Assembly: GCA_963718525.1 (NCBI GenBank)
Contig: OY970355.1
Location: 1,088,001 to 1,152,000, forward strand
Origin: Candidatus Dormiibacterota bacterium
GTDB lineage: Bacteria; Chloroflexota; Dormibacteria; Aeolococcales; Aeolococcaceae
DNA length: 64,000 nucleotides
Reading direction: 5' to 3'
Part shown: positions 8,643 through 16,914 of the stretch, one piece after another
How the letters are laid out: each line of letters begins with the position of its first letter
How positions within the stretch are numbered: position 1 is the stretch's first letter
Notes under the pieces: generated by a model
Databases searched by the model: none
What the model was told of the DNA's origin: nothing
The model's input: only the letters and a program-made list of their open reading frames with translations
Translations under genes and position numbers: made by a program

Positions 8643-9851
8643 TCAACGGCGGAGATCGTCGCCACGCCAGTCGAGGTCGTGCAATCCGTCGCCGGCCCCG
8701 CGACGAATTGCGCCCTGTCCGAAACGTTCGCGCAGGCGGTCGAGCGTGTGATCGATGCGGTCATTCGCGGGCCGGTCGAAGAGGTCCAGCTGGGGCGCCT
8801 CGGCGAGCCCGCTGACACCGACGCCGAGCAGGCGGACAGCGTCACCGGACCAGGCAGCATCGAGCAATGCGAGCGCCGCGTCGCGGACGGTGGTGTCGGT
8901 CGCCGTCGACGACGCCAGCGTCTCCTGCCGGGTGATCGTCGTGAAGTCCGAGTAGCGGAGCTTCAGCGTCACCGTTCGCGCGGTCCAGCCGCCCGTTCGC
9001 AGGCGCGCCCCGACGTCTCCGGCGAGCTCGGCGACGCGGACGTGCAGGGCGTCACGCTGCGCGACGTCTCGCGCGAACGTCTCTTCGCGAGACACGCTCC
9101 GAGGAGCCCCCGGGACGCTGACCGGCGCGCTGTCGATTCCCTGTGCTCGTTCCCACAGCGAGCCACCGGACGCGCGCCCGACCCGGCGCTGCACCGTGTC
9201 GACCGGAAGGGCCGCGAGCTGCCCGAGCGTGGAGATTCCCAAGCCGCTCAACGCCCGTTCGGCGGCCGGGCCGAGGCCGGGCAATCGCCGGAGCGGCAGC
9301 GGCGCCAGAAAGGCAGCCTCGTCGCCGGGTTCCACGACCACGAACCCGCGTGGCTTGCGAAGGTCGGACGCAATCTTGGCAACGGTCTTGCAGGTCGCCA
9401 CTCCGAAGGACGCGTGGAGCCCGCTGGTGGCCAGGATCCGGTCGCGGATCTCCGCGGCAATGTGTTCTCCGGTGCCGAACCGGCGGGTGGAACCGGTCAC
9501 GTCGAGGAACGCCTCATCGAGGGAGAGCGGCTCGATCACCGGGGTGTAGTCGCGAGCGATGTCGAACACGGTTTTGGAAGCGTCGCGGTAGGCGCGGAAG
9601 TCGACCGGTACCACGATGGCCTGGGGGCAGATCCGGAGCGCGGTGCGGAGCGGCATCGCCGAGTGGACTCCGAACACTCGCGCTTCATAGGACGCGGCGC
9701 TGACCACGCCGCGGTTCAGCTGCGCGGTTCCATCGCCCGACGGCGCTCCGCCGACGATGACCGGGCGCCCGCGCAACTCCGGCCGGCGCAACTGTTCGAC
9801 CGAGGCGTAGAACGCGTCCAAGTCGAGGTGAATGATCGCGCGGTGCGTCAC
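8643..9851 (-). CDS. dinB: DNA polymerase IV (Y-family)
   Basis: HLDLDAFYASVEQ, SAASYEAR.FGV.SAMP, SLDEAFLD, AKIASD..KP.G, VRLLGVGVS. Confidence 0.95.
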   Translation of the reverse strand: MTHRAIIHLDLDAFYASVEQLRRPELRGRPVIVGGAPSGDGTAQLNRGVVSAASYEARVFGVHSAMPLRTALRICPQAIVVPVDFRAYRDASKTVFDIARDYTPVIEPLSLDEAFLDVTGSTRRFGTGEHIAAEIRDRILATSGLHASFGVATCKTVAKIASDLRKPRGFVVVEPGDEAAFLAPLPLRRLPGLGPAAERALSGLGISTLGQLAALPVDTVQRRVGRASGGSLWERAQGIDSAPVSVPGAPRSVSREETFARDVAQRDALHVRVAELAGDVGARLRTGGWTARTVTLKLRYSDFTTITRQETLASSTATDTTVRDAALALLDAAWSGDAVRLLGVGVSGLAEAPQLDLFDRPANDRIDHTLDRLRERFGQGAIRRGAGDGLHDLDWRGDDLRR

Positions 9852-9875
9852 GAGCGCACGCCACACGGCCCCGCG

Positions 9876-10127
9876 TCAGTTGCCCGTGTGCTGCCTCCAC
9901 TCATCGATGTCCGCCTCACGCACATAGCCTGCGCGAATCATCAGCTCCATGTACGGAACGGCGAGATGCGGTGCAGCTCGACGCAGCACCCACGGCGGCG
10001 GGTTGTCCTTGTTCTTGTTGACGCTCTGATAGAAGTAGATCTGATTCAGATCGCACAGAAGGGCAAGCCTGTGTAAGGAAATCCCCCTCTCCGCGCACCG
10101 TTCTTTGATGTATTCCTTGAACTCCAC
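9876..10127 (-). CDS. small XRE-like helix-turn-helix protein
   Basis: 83 aa; F..YIK....ERGISL..LA....P.P..L.R.A..L.V.Y.ELM..AGY is a typical XRE/Cro-C1 pattern; packed between the HAD gene and dinB. Confidence 0.75.
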   Translation of the reverse strand: MEFKEYIKERCAERGISLHRLALLCDLNQIYFYQSVNKNKDNPPPWVLRRAAPHLAVPYMELMIRAGYVREADIDEWRQHTGN

Positions 10128-10129
10128 GC

Positions 10130-10891
10130 TCAGACGAAGTATATGCCCATGTTCCGAAGCGCACCCGTCAATTCGCTAAGCGCCGCAATCACCGCATCGG
10201 CATCGCCGGATCCGCGTTCACCATTCCTGCGGAGCAGCACCGCGCGCATGCCGGCTGCGTGCGCGCCGGCGATGTCGGCGGTCTCACTGTCGCCGACCAT
10301 GACGGTGTTGGCGGCGTCCGTCCCGAGAGCCTCCATCGCCGCGTCGAAGATGTGGGGCGAGGGCTTGCGCCATCCGACCTCCGCGGAGAAGGTGATCGAG
10401 TTGAGGTGGCCGGCGAGCCCGACAAAGGCGAGCTGTGCGTGGAGCGACGCAACCCGGTAGGGCGCGTTCGAACACAGGCCGACGCGAAGTCCCCGGCCGC
10501 GCAGGGCATCGAGGAGCGGAATCGCCTCCGGGTCGAGACGCGCGCCGTGCCACCAGGCCTCCTGTTCGATCCGCAGCAGCTCATCGAGAAGGGCCGTATC
10601 GATGCTGACTCCGGCCGCCGTGTAGGCGCGGAGCGACGCGGCCGCAGGGTCCATCTCCTCGAGGGCTCCGCCGCGCTGATACTCGGCGACCTCACGCTCC
10701 ACGCGGTCGAGGACTCCACGAAGCGTTGTCGGTGACGGGGCCCCCTGGCCTGATGCCATCAGCACCTCGAGGATCCGGTGCTCGGCCTCGGCGAGCGCGG
10801 CAACGGGACGCGAGAATTCGACCAGGGTTTCGCCGTAGTCGAAGAGGATGCCGCCCAAAGGGCGTGGTGGCTCTTCCGCGGCGCGGGTCAC
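10130..10891 (-). CDS. HAD-superfamily hydrolase
   Basis: ILFDYGETL, LCSN, RKP.P.IF, MVGDS..ADIAGA. Confidence 0.9.
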   Translation of the reverse strand: MTRAAEEPPRPLGGILFDYGETLVEFSRPVAALAEAEHRILEVLMASGQGAPSPTTLRGVLDRVEREVAEYQRGGALEEMDPAAASLRAYTAAGVSIDTALLDELLRIEQEAWWHGARLDPEAIPLLDALRGRGLRVGLCSNAPYRVASLHAQLAFVGLAGHLNSITFSAEVGWRKPSPHIFDAAMEALGTDAANTVMVGDSETADIAGAHAAGMRAVLLRRNGERGSGDADAVIAALSELTGALRNMGIYFV

Positions 10892-11298
10892 CCGGGAGCG
10901 ACACCTCCGGCGCCGCCACCGCCGCCACGCCCGCCCCTGCCGCGGTGCTTGCGACCCCCTTGCCAGCGCCGCTTGGGGCGTTTGCCGGTGCTCCGCGGTA
11001 CAGGCGACAGTTTCTCCAGGTACGCCTCGCCGGGGCTCGGCTCCTTGGGGCGACCGGCACGGGCACCGGGTGCCGAGGCAACCCGAGCCTCGTATTCGGC
11101 GAGCACGGCCTCGAGCGGTCGTTTGTCACTCGCCGGCGGCGCGGCCGTTTCCGCCCACGGCTGGGACTTGGGACTTGCCTCGGCAGCGAGCATGTCGCCG
11201 CCGGGTATCTCGGGGACGGCATCGAGCACGGATTCAATGGCCCTCGCGATGAGACGGTCGGCCTCGACGGGGTCGTGAAGCGGTCGATCAGCCGGCAT
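10888..11298 (-). CDS. hypothetical protein with Arg/Gly-rich basic C-terminal tail
   Basis: Overlaps both neighbours (NUDIX stop at 11288, HAD GTG at 10891). Tail KRPKRRWQGGRKHRGRGGRGGGG. Confidence 0.55.
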   Translation of the reverse strand: MPADRPLHDPVEADRLIARAIESVLDAVPEIPGGDMLAAEASPKSQPWAETAAPPASDKRPLEAVLAEYEARVASAPGARAGRPKEPSPGEAYLEKLSPVPRSTGKRPKRRWQGGRKHRGRGGRGGGGGAGGVAPG

Positions 11299-11875
11299 CG
11301 CGGTTGACACTCCAGCCGGCGAGCCCCAGGCCCGCGATTGTCTTGACGTCCACCTCGCCACGGTGGACCAGCTCTTCAACGCCCGCCCGATCGAATCGCC
11401 GGACGTCCATTCGTTCATCGGCATCACGATTCGTCGGCCCCTCAGTGAGGTCGACGGCCATGAAGAAATGCATCACCTCCGTTGAGTAGCCCGGAGTCAG
11501 TGGTGCCGAGGCCAGCGGGGTGATCTGCGCGGTGCGCAGCCCGGTCTCCTCGGCGAGCTCACGCTCGGCGGTGCGAGCCGGTGCCTCGCCGGCATCGCGC
11601 GTGCCAGCAGGCAATTCCCACAGCGCGCGACCGATGGCGTGGCGCCACTGGCGCACCAGTACCACCTTCTCATCGTCATCGATTGCCACGATCGCGACCG
11701 CGCCGGGGTGAGCCACCACCTCACGTTGCGCCACCGTCCCGTCCGCGAGCCGGACATCGTCCTCGTAAAAGGTCAGCAGGCGCCCGGGGTAGATGATCCG
11801 CCGGGATGTCTGCGTTTCCCGAAGGTGTTCCGTGGCCTCGAGATCTTCGGGGCCGACGTCAGTGCCAGTGGTCAC
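11288..11875 (-). CDS. NUDIX hydrolase, ADP-ribose pyrophosphatase (NudF-like)
   Basis: REVVAHPGAVAI, VRQWR, ELPAG.RD.GE...TAERELAEETG, TPGYS.E. Start uncertain (11875 or 11935). Confidence 0.88.
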   Translation of the reverse strand: MTTGTDVGPEDLEATEHLRETQTSRRIIYPGRLLTFYEDDVRLADGTVAQREVVAHPGAVAIVAIDDDEKVVLVRQWRHAIGRALWELPAGTRDAGEAPARTAERELAEETGLRTAQITPLASAPLTPGYSTEVMHFFMAVDLTEGPTNRDADERMDVRRFDRAGVEELVHRGEVDVKTIAGLGLAGWSVNRDAG

Positions 11876-11903
11876 CCGCTGAGTTTGGGCCCCCAGAAGC
11901 GAT

Positions 11904-12473
11904 TCAGGCGCAGGACCACTCGTGGGACTGTCCATGGGCAAACATCTTCGCCGCGATGTTCGCCTGGGCAACGGGGTCCCAGATCGAAGCAGCGCTCCCG
12001 CCGTTGGCGATGAAGGTCGACATCAGGAACTGGAAAACCCCGATATAGGGCCCGCTCGGGTTGACCGAATTCCAGTGGAAGTGCGATTCGCAGTTCGCGG
12101 TCCGCAGCATCCATGCGACGTTCACGCCCCAGTGCTGCGCGGCGGCGGTGATGTCGGCCACCACCTGCGCCTGGCTAACCGACAGGCCGCTCGGGACCAC
12201 GAAACCCGGGTGCGAGACCCGGCGGCGTCGAGGCGCCACGTGCTTGGGGGCCGGCAACGCCACGCTGACGAGCGTCGCCGAGCGAACCCGAAGCATCATC
12301 GGATGCGCCGTCACGTTGGTGAGGCGGTCGATCTCCCCGATCGAGGACCGCACGAGGGACGCAGTCGCGACGGGCGTGGGCGCCGGCGCCGTGATGAGCA
12401 CAGCGGTCGCCGGTCCGGCCACCAACATGAGGCCACCGAGGACCAATCCGCGTGCCCGCTTGGGTAAATGCAA
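11904..12473 (-). CDS. secreted lytic transglycosylase / resuscitation-promoting-factor-like protein
   Basis: N-terminal signal/TM helix; C-terminal lysozyme-like motifs A.CES, N..G...GVFQF..STF, DP.AQ...A, W.C. SD AGGAG at 12481-12485 (minus) precedes the TTG start. Confidence 0.8.
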   Translation of the reverse strand: MHLPKRARGLVLGGLMLVAGPATAVLITAPAPTPVATASLVRSSIGEIDRLTNVTAHPMMLRVRSATLVSVALPAPKHVAPRRRRVSHPGFVVPSGLSVSQAQVVADITAAAQHWGVNVAWMLRTANCESHFHWNSVNPSGPYIGVFQFLMSTFIANGGSAASIWDPVAQANIAAKMFAHGQSHEWSCA

Positions 12474-12490
12474 GGCGCAACTCCTGTTTT

Positions 12491-12606
12491 GGTCGGGCTC
12501 CGGTCTCTCTCCCCTGACCGGGCTTGGAATGCGGCTCGACCTCCCACTGCCCCTCTGGAGACGTCTCGTCTCGAAGACAGCGTGGCGACCTGAGCCGGGC
12601 CGACCC
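12491..12606 (-). ncRNA. candidate structured 5' leader RNA (riboswitch-like, family not recognised)
   Basis: Nested helices GGUCGG/CCGACC, CGGCUC/GAGCCG, CCAC..UGUCUU/GGGGCAGUGG, GAGACG/CGUCUC and CCGGUC/GACCGG end just before the SD of the Rpf-like gene. Confidence 0.45.
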
Positions 12607-12659
12607 TACCACACCAGGTACTTGTGCCTGCAACCAGGCCAAACGAATCGATCGCCTCC

Positions 12660-13367
12660 CTACCAGCCGGTGGACGCCCCGAGTGCACAGGAGGAAGGCG
12701 CGGCGCTCAGCACGACGGGGACGTCGGCGGCAAGGCTGGATCCCGCCTGCCAGATGAATTGCTCCGAGCCCCCACCGACGATCACCCCCGCGCCGTTCTT
12801 GCAGACTGCGAAGGCCACCACCGCGACGCCTGCGGAGATCGCCGAGGATGGTGAAAGGCTCCCTTTGACATCGCCATAGCCGTGTCCGGAGTGGCATGGC
12901 TGGCACGCATAGGCGGCGGACGCGGTGGGGAAGACGGGTCCGATGCTGGTTGTCCAGGAGCCGACGGCGACGCTCACGCTCACGCTCGCAGCCCCTGTGC
13001 AGGCGTCGGTGCAATCGGCAGTCACAGCCAGGACCTCGCCCGGCGCGAGGTTGACCGGCACCGAGTTGAGCGAGCCGAGGGTCCTGCCGGCGCGATGCGT
13101 GACGAAATGGACCATGACCGAGGCCGCGGCGTGATACGTCGCCTCGTTCTTGAGGCTGGCGACGGGGAACGCCGCCAGATCGAAGGTGCCGATGCCGATC
13201 TCGAGCACGGCAACGGTCTGGGTATCGGGCGGCAGCGGCGTCGGGGATGGAGAGGGTGTGGCCGTCGGCGACCTGCTCGGCGCCGGCGTGGGCGATCCCG
13301 AACAGGCCGAGAGCATCACCACCACGATGCCGGCGAGCCAGCGGATGGCGGACGGCGGCTGAGGCAT
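12660..13367 (-). CDS. Cys-rich lipoprotein, hypothetical
   Basis: Lipobox MLSA-C, Pro/Ser/Thr linker, CTDAC and CQPCH motifs. TAGGAT -10 lies 7 nt before the ATG at 13367. Confidence 0.7.
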   Translation of the reverse strand: MPQPPSAIRWLAGIVVVMLSACSGSPTPAPSRSPTATPSPSPTPLPPDTQTVAVLEIGIGTFDLAAFPVASLKNEATYHAAASVMVHFVTHRAGRTLGSLNSVPVNLAPGEVLAVTADCTDACTGAASVSVSVAVGSWTTSIGPVFPTASAAYACQPCHSGHGYGDVKGSLSPSSAISAGVAVVAFAVCKNGAGVIVGGGSEQFIWQAGSSLAADVPVVLSAAPSSCALGASTGW

Positions 13368-13458
13368 CGTCATCATCCTAGGGTCCTTTCCCGCCCGCAA
13401 TCAGCGAGTGACAGAATTGACATCGACGTCAATGGCTCGGCCCAGGAGGCATTTGCTC

Positions 13459-14601
13459 GTGCGGTTCACGGCTGAGCACGACGCGCTTCGGGAGTCGGTA
13501 CGCGATTTCGTCGCCAGGGAATTGCGTCCCCACGCCGATGAGTGGGAAGCGGCTGAGGGTTTTCCTGACAGCGTGTTCCGGCGGATGGGTGAGCTCGGGC
13601 TCCTCGGCCTGCGCTACCCGGAGCGGTACGGCGGTCAGGGCGGCGACTATTTCAGCGCAATCGTCCTCGCCGAGGAGATGGCGCGCTGCGGTTCCGGTGG
13701 CGTGGGGATGGCCATCAGCGTGCACACGGAGATGGCGACGCCACCCATCCTCAAATGGGGTACTGAGGAGCAGAAGCAGCGCTATCTCGCGCCCGCGATC
13801 AGAGGGGAGAAGATCGCAGCGCTCGGAATCACGGAACCGGACGCGGGGAGCGACGTGGCGAGCATCCGCACCCGCGCCGATCGGGTCGACGGCCACTGGC
13901 GGCTGAACGGCAGCAAGCTCTACATCACCAACGGGGTGCGCTGCGACTTCATCCTGCTGGTGGCACGCACCGGCGCGCAGGAGGACGGCGCGCACGGGAT
14001 CACCCTTTTCCTCGTCGACAAGGGCCTCCCGGGCTTCACCGTCTCGCGCAAGCTCAAGAAGCTGGGGATGCACTCCAGTGACACCGCCGAGCTCTCCTTC
14101 AACGACGTCGAGGTGGGCGACGACGCCGTGCTCGGCGAGGTTGGCCAGGGCTTCTACAACCTCATGTGGGAGCTCCAGGGTGAGCGCCTGATCGGCTCCG
14201 CGGGCTCCATCGCAGGCGCCGAGGTCGCCTTCGAGGAGACCTTGAAGTGGTGCAAGCAACGTGAGGTGTTCGGCCGGCCGATCGCGAGGTTCCAGGTGAA
14301 CCGGCACAAGCTCGTCGACCTCTATACCGAGATCACCGTCGCCAAGAACTTCGTGTACAGCATCGCCGAGCGCTGGGATCGCGACGAGTACCCGGTGACC
14401 GAGATCTCGATGGCGAAGCTCGTGGTCGGGCGGGTGACGACGCTCGTGGCCGACACCTGCCTGCAGCTCCACGGCGGCATGGGCTACATGGCCGAGTCCG
14501 GCATCTCCCGATACTTCCGCAACTCGCAACTCATCCGGATCGGTGGCGGCACCGACGAGGTGATGAAGGAGATCATCGCCAAGACGGCGCTCGGGTTATG
14601 A
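13459..14601 (+). CDS. acyl-CoA dehydrogenase (long-chain-like)
   Basis: ITEPDAGSDV, LNGSK.YITNG, K.G..SSDTAEL.F, LQLHGGMGY, RIGGGTDE. AGGAGG lies 9 nt upstream of the GTG. Confidence 0.93.
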   Translation: MRFTAEHDALRESVRDFVARELRPHADEWEAAEGFPDSVFRRMGELGLLGLRYPERYGGQGGDYFSAIVLAEEMARCGSGGVGMAISVHTEMATPPILKWGTEEQKQRYLAPAIRGEKIAALGITEPDAGSDVASIRTRADRVDGHWRLNGSKLYITNGVRCDFILLVARTGAQEDGAHGITLFLVDKGLPGFTVSRKLKKLGMHSSDTAELSFNDVEVGDDAVLGEVGQGFYNLMWELQGERLIGSAGSIAGAEVAFEETLKWCKQREVFGRPIARFQVNRHKLVDLYTEITVAKNFVYSIAERWDRDEYPVTEISMAKLVVGRVTTLVADTCLQLHGGMGYMAESGISRYFRNSQLIRIGGGTDEVMKEIIAKTALGL

Positions 14602-14685
14602 GGCTGGGCAAACTCGTGGCCGGCGGCCGCCTGCGACGCATCCGGCCGCGAGTCCTGCCTGGTGGCCATGGTGATCGGTCCTGAG

Positions 14686-15033
14686 TCAGCGGTCCTCAAT
14701 CAGCCCCAGAACGTTGCCGTCGGGGTCCGTGAAGCTCGCCACCAGGCGCCCGCCGCCGACCTCGCGCGGGGCATCCTTCAACGTGCCGCCGGCAGCGGTC
14801 ACCTCGGCCAGCTTCGATTCGATGTTGGCCACGTGCCAGTGGGCCACGGGCGACGTCATGCCACTGTTCGGCACCAGCCCGATCTGCTGGCCCGCCGCGT
14901 CGTAGCCGACGTAGAAGGCGCTGTCGGCCATGGGCTCGACGCCAAGCAGCGCGGTGTACACCGGCTTCGCCTTCTCGAGGTCGGTGACGGGATGCAGCAC
15001 GGTCTTGATGCCCATCGTGGGAGCGGTGGTCAT
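14686..15033 (-). CDS. VOC/glyoxalase family protein
   Basis: PVTDLEKAK..Y, W.V.NI....AAGG, F.DPDGN.LGL; SD AGGAG. Confidence 0.88.
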   Translation of the reverse strand: MTTAPTMGIKTVLHPVTDLEKAKPVYTALLGVEPMADSAFYVGYDAAGQQIGLVPNSGMTSPVAHWHVANIESKLAEVTAAGGTLKDAPREVGGGRLVASFTDPDGNVLGLIEDR

Positions 15034-15076
15034 GGTTACTCCTGATGTCGTCGCGGTGTTGTCCATGACGCTCATG

Positions 15077-15520
15077 CTAGGTGCGGCTCACGGCCGTCGC
15101 TTCTCGATTCCTGATCGGCTTGGTCACCTGTTTGGCTACGCATGACGGCATCCCCGCCGTCGCACGTGACGTGTCCCGCCGGTAGGTGCTGGGGGGCACA
15201 CCGACCAGTTCGGTGAAGCGAGTGCTGAAGGTGCCCAGCGAAGAGCAGCCGACCGCGAAACAGACCTCGGTGACGCTGAGGTCGCCACGGCGGAGCAGCG
15301 CCATCGCGCGCTCGATGCGCCGGGTCATGAGGTAGCCGTAGGGCGCCTCGCCGTACGCGAGCCGGAACTCGCGGCTGAGATGCCCGGCCGACATGTTCGC
15401 CCCGCGGGCGAGCGCCTCGACGTCGAGCGGTTGCTCGTAGTCACGGTCGATGCGGTCGCGTACGCGTCGCAGCCGCGCGAGGTCGCGCAGATGCTGCGTC
15501 TCGGCAGACGTGATGGTCAC
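15077..15520 (-). CDS. AraC family transcriptional regulator (HTH-only)
   Basis: LAR...MS.GHLSR.F..AYGE.P..YL...RIERA..LL, V.EVCFAVG..SLGTFS.RF. A common partner of VOC genes. Confidence 0.9.
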   Translation of the reverse strand: MTITSAETQHLRDLARLRRVRDRIDRDYEQPLDVEALARGANMSAGHLSREFRLAYGEAPYGYLMTRRIERAMALLRRGDLSVTEVCFAVGCSSLGTFSTRFTELVGVPPSTYRRDTSRATAGMPSCVAKQVTKPIRNREATAVSRT

Positions 15521-15593
15521 CTCTGAGATCGTGCCACGTTGCGCCGGAGGAGCCTAGACTCCGCACGACACCGACAGCTCGGAGGACTACCTG

Positions 15594-16364
15594 ATGCAGG
15601 ACCGGATCATCGGCACCACCATGCCCGTGCTCGAGATCACGCTCGACCCGGGCGAGGCAATCTTCTCCGAGTCCGGAGAGCTCTCGTGGATGACGCAGTC
15701 GATCGTCATGCAGACCTCAACCCAGATGGGCGGCGGCGGTGGCGTGGGCGGCGTGTTCAAGCGGGCGCTCGGTGGGAGCTCGATCTTCATGAGCGAGTAT
15801 TCGGCGCAGGGAGCCCCTGGCATGGTCGCGTTTGCGGCGCGCCTCCCCGGCATGATCTTTCCGCTCGACGTTGCGCCGCAACCGGGTATGGGCTATCTCG
15901 GCCACCGACACTCGTTCGTCTGTGGTGTGCACGGCGTGCAGCTGTCGGTGGGATTCCAGCAGCACCTGGGCGCCGGATTGTTCGGTGGCGACGGGTTCCG
16001 CCTCGAAAAGATCTCGGGTCAGGGACGCGCCTGGTGCGAGCTCAGTGGCGAGGTGCTGACGTACGACCTCAAACCGGGTGAGAGCCTGCGCGTGCATCCA
16101 GCCCATGTCGGCCTGTTCCAGGACACGGTGCAGTTCAGCATCACGACCATCAAGGGCATCAAGAACAAGATCTTCGGCGGCGACGGCATCTTCCTCGCGC
16201 TGCTCACCGGACCGGGTCGCGTGTGGCTCCAGTCGCTCCCGCTGCAGAAGCTCGCGCAGGCGCTTGGTGAGTTCTCGCCTGGTCAGGCTGCCGAGGCCGG
16301 GGTTGCTGGCGGCGTTGCCGGCGGTGCCGCCAGCGGCGTCATGCGGGGGATTTTCGGGGGCTGA
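15594..16364 (+). CDS. AIM24 (TIGR00266) family protein
   Basis: L.I.L.PGE...SE.G...WM, KRALGG.S.F, LFGG.GF, IFGG.GIF...LTGPG.VWLQS; SD GGAGG. Confidence 0.88.
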   Translation: MQDRIIGTTMPVLEITLDPGEAIFSESGELSWMTQSIVMQTSTQMGGGGGVGGVFKRALGGSSIFMSEYSAQGAPGMVAFAARLPGMIFPLDVAPQPGMGYLGHRHSFVCGVHGVQLSVGFQQHLGAGLFGGDGFRLEKISGQGRAWCELSGEVLTYDLKPGESLRVHPAHVGLFQDTVQFSITTIKGIKNKIFGGDGIFLALLTGPGRVWLQSLPLQKLAQALGEFSPGQAAEAGVAGGVAGGAASGVMRGIFGG

Positions 16365-16914
16365 ACTCGCTGCGCTGAAACAGCGCGTGCAGCGTGATCC
16401 CCGCCGCCTCGAGGGCTTCGCGTCCGCCCTCTTCACGGTCGACCACGCACAGCGCTCCCGCGATCGCGGCGCCGGTGGCGACAACCGCCTCCTGCGCCTG
16501 AAGGAACGTGCCGCCCGTCGTCATCGTGTCGTCCACAAGGAGCACGCGCATCCCCGGTCGCAGGTCCGGGCCCTCGATGGGCCGGCCCGTGCCGTGCGCC
16601 TTGACCTCCTTGCGGACGATGAACGCGGTGATCGGATGGTCGGTCTCCCCGCTGAGCGCCGCGGTGGCAGCGGCGATCGGATCCGCGCCGAGCGTCAAGC
16701 CGCCCACTGCATCGATGGCGTTGTCGCGGCAGTGTTCGAGCGTGAACCTCGCAACCAGATACAGCCCACGTCCGTCGAGCGTCACCTGCTTGCCGTCGAC
16801 GTAGTAGTCACTGGTGCGCCCACTGGTGAGCGTGAACGTGCCGTACTTGAACGCGCGTACCGCGACAAGCTCGCGGAGCTCCTCACGGAGATCGGTATCG
16901 ATCGCGGTGCTCAC
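16339..16914 (-). CDS. pyrE: orotate phosphoribosyltransferase
   Basis: [33 protein letters not shown] motif [10 protein letters not shown]. The GTG at 16914 overlaps the true gcvPB stop. Confidence 0.93.
   Translation of the reverse strand: MSTAIDTDLREELRELVAVRAFKYGTFTLTSGRTSDYYVDGKQVTLDGRGLYLVARFTLEHCRDNAIDAVGGLTLGADPIAAATAALSGETDHPITAFIVRKEVKAHGTGRPIEGPDLRPGMRVLLVDDTMTTGGTFLQAQEAVVATGAAIAGALCVVDREEGGREALEAAGITLHALFQRSEFSPRKSPA

Noticed and set aside
12481-12660. Canonical c-di-AMP (ydaO) or c-di-GMP riboswitch upstream of the Rpf-like gene
   Set aside because: The conserved sequence words of those families are not visible; kept only as an unassigned structured leader.
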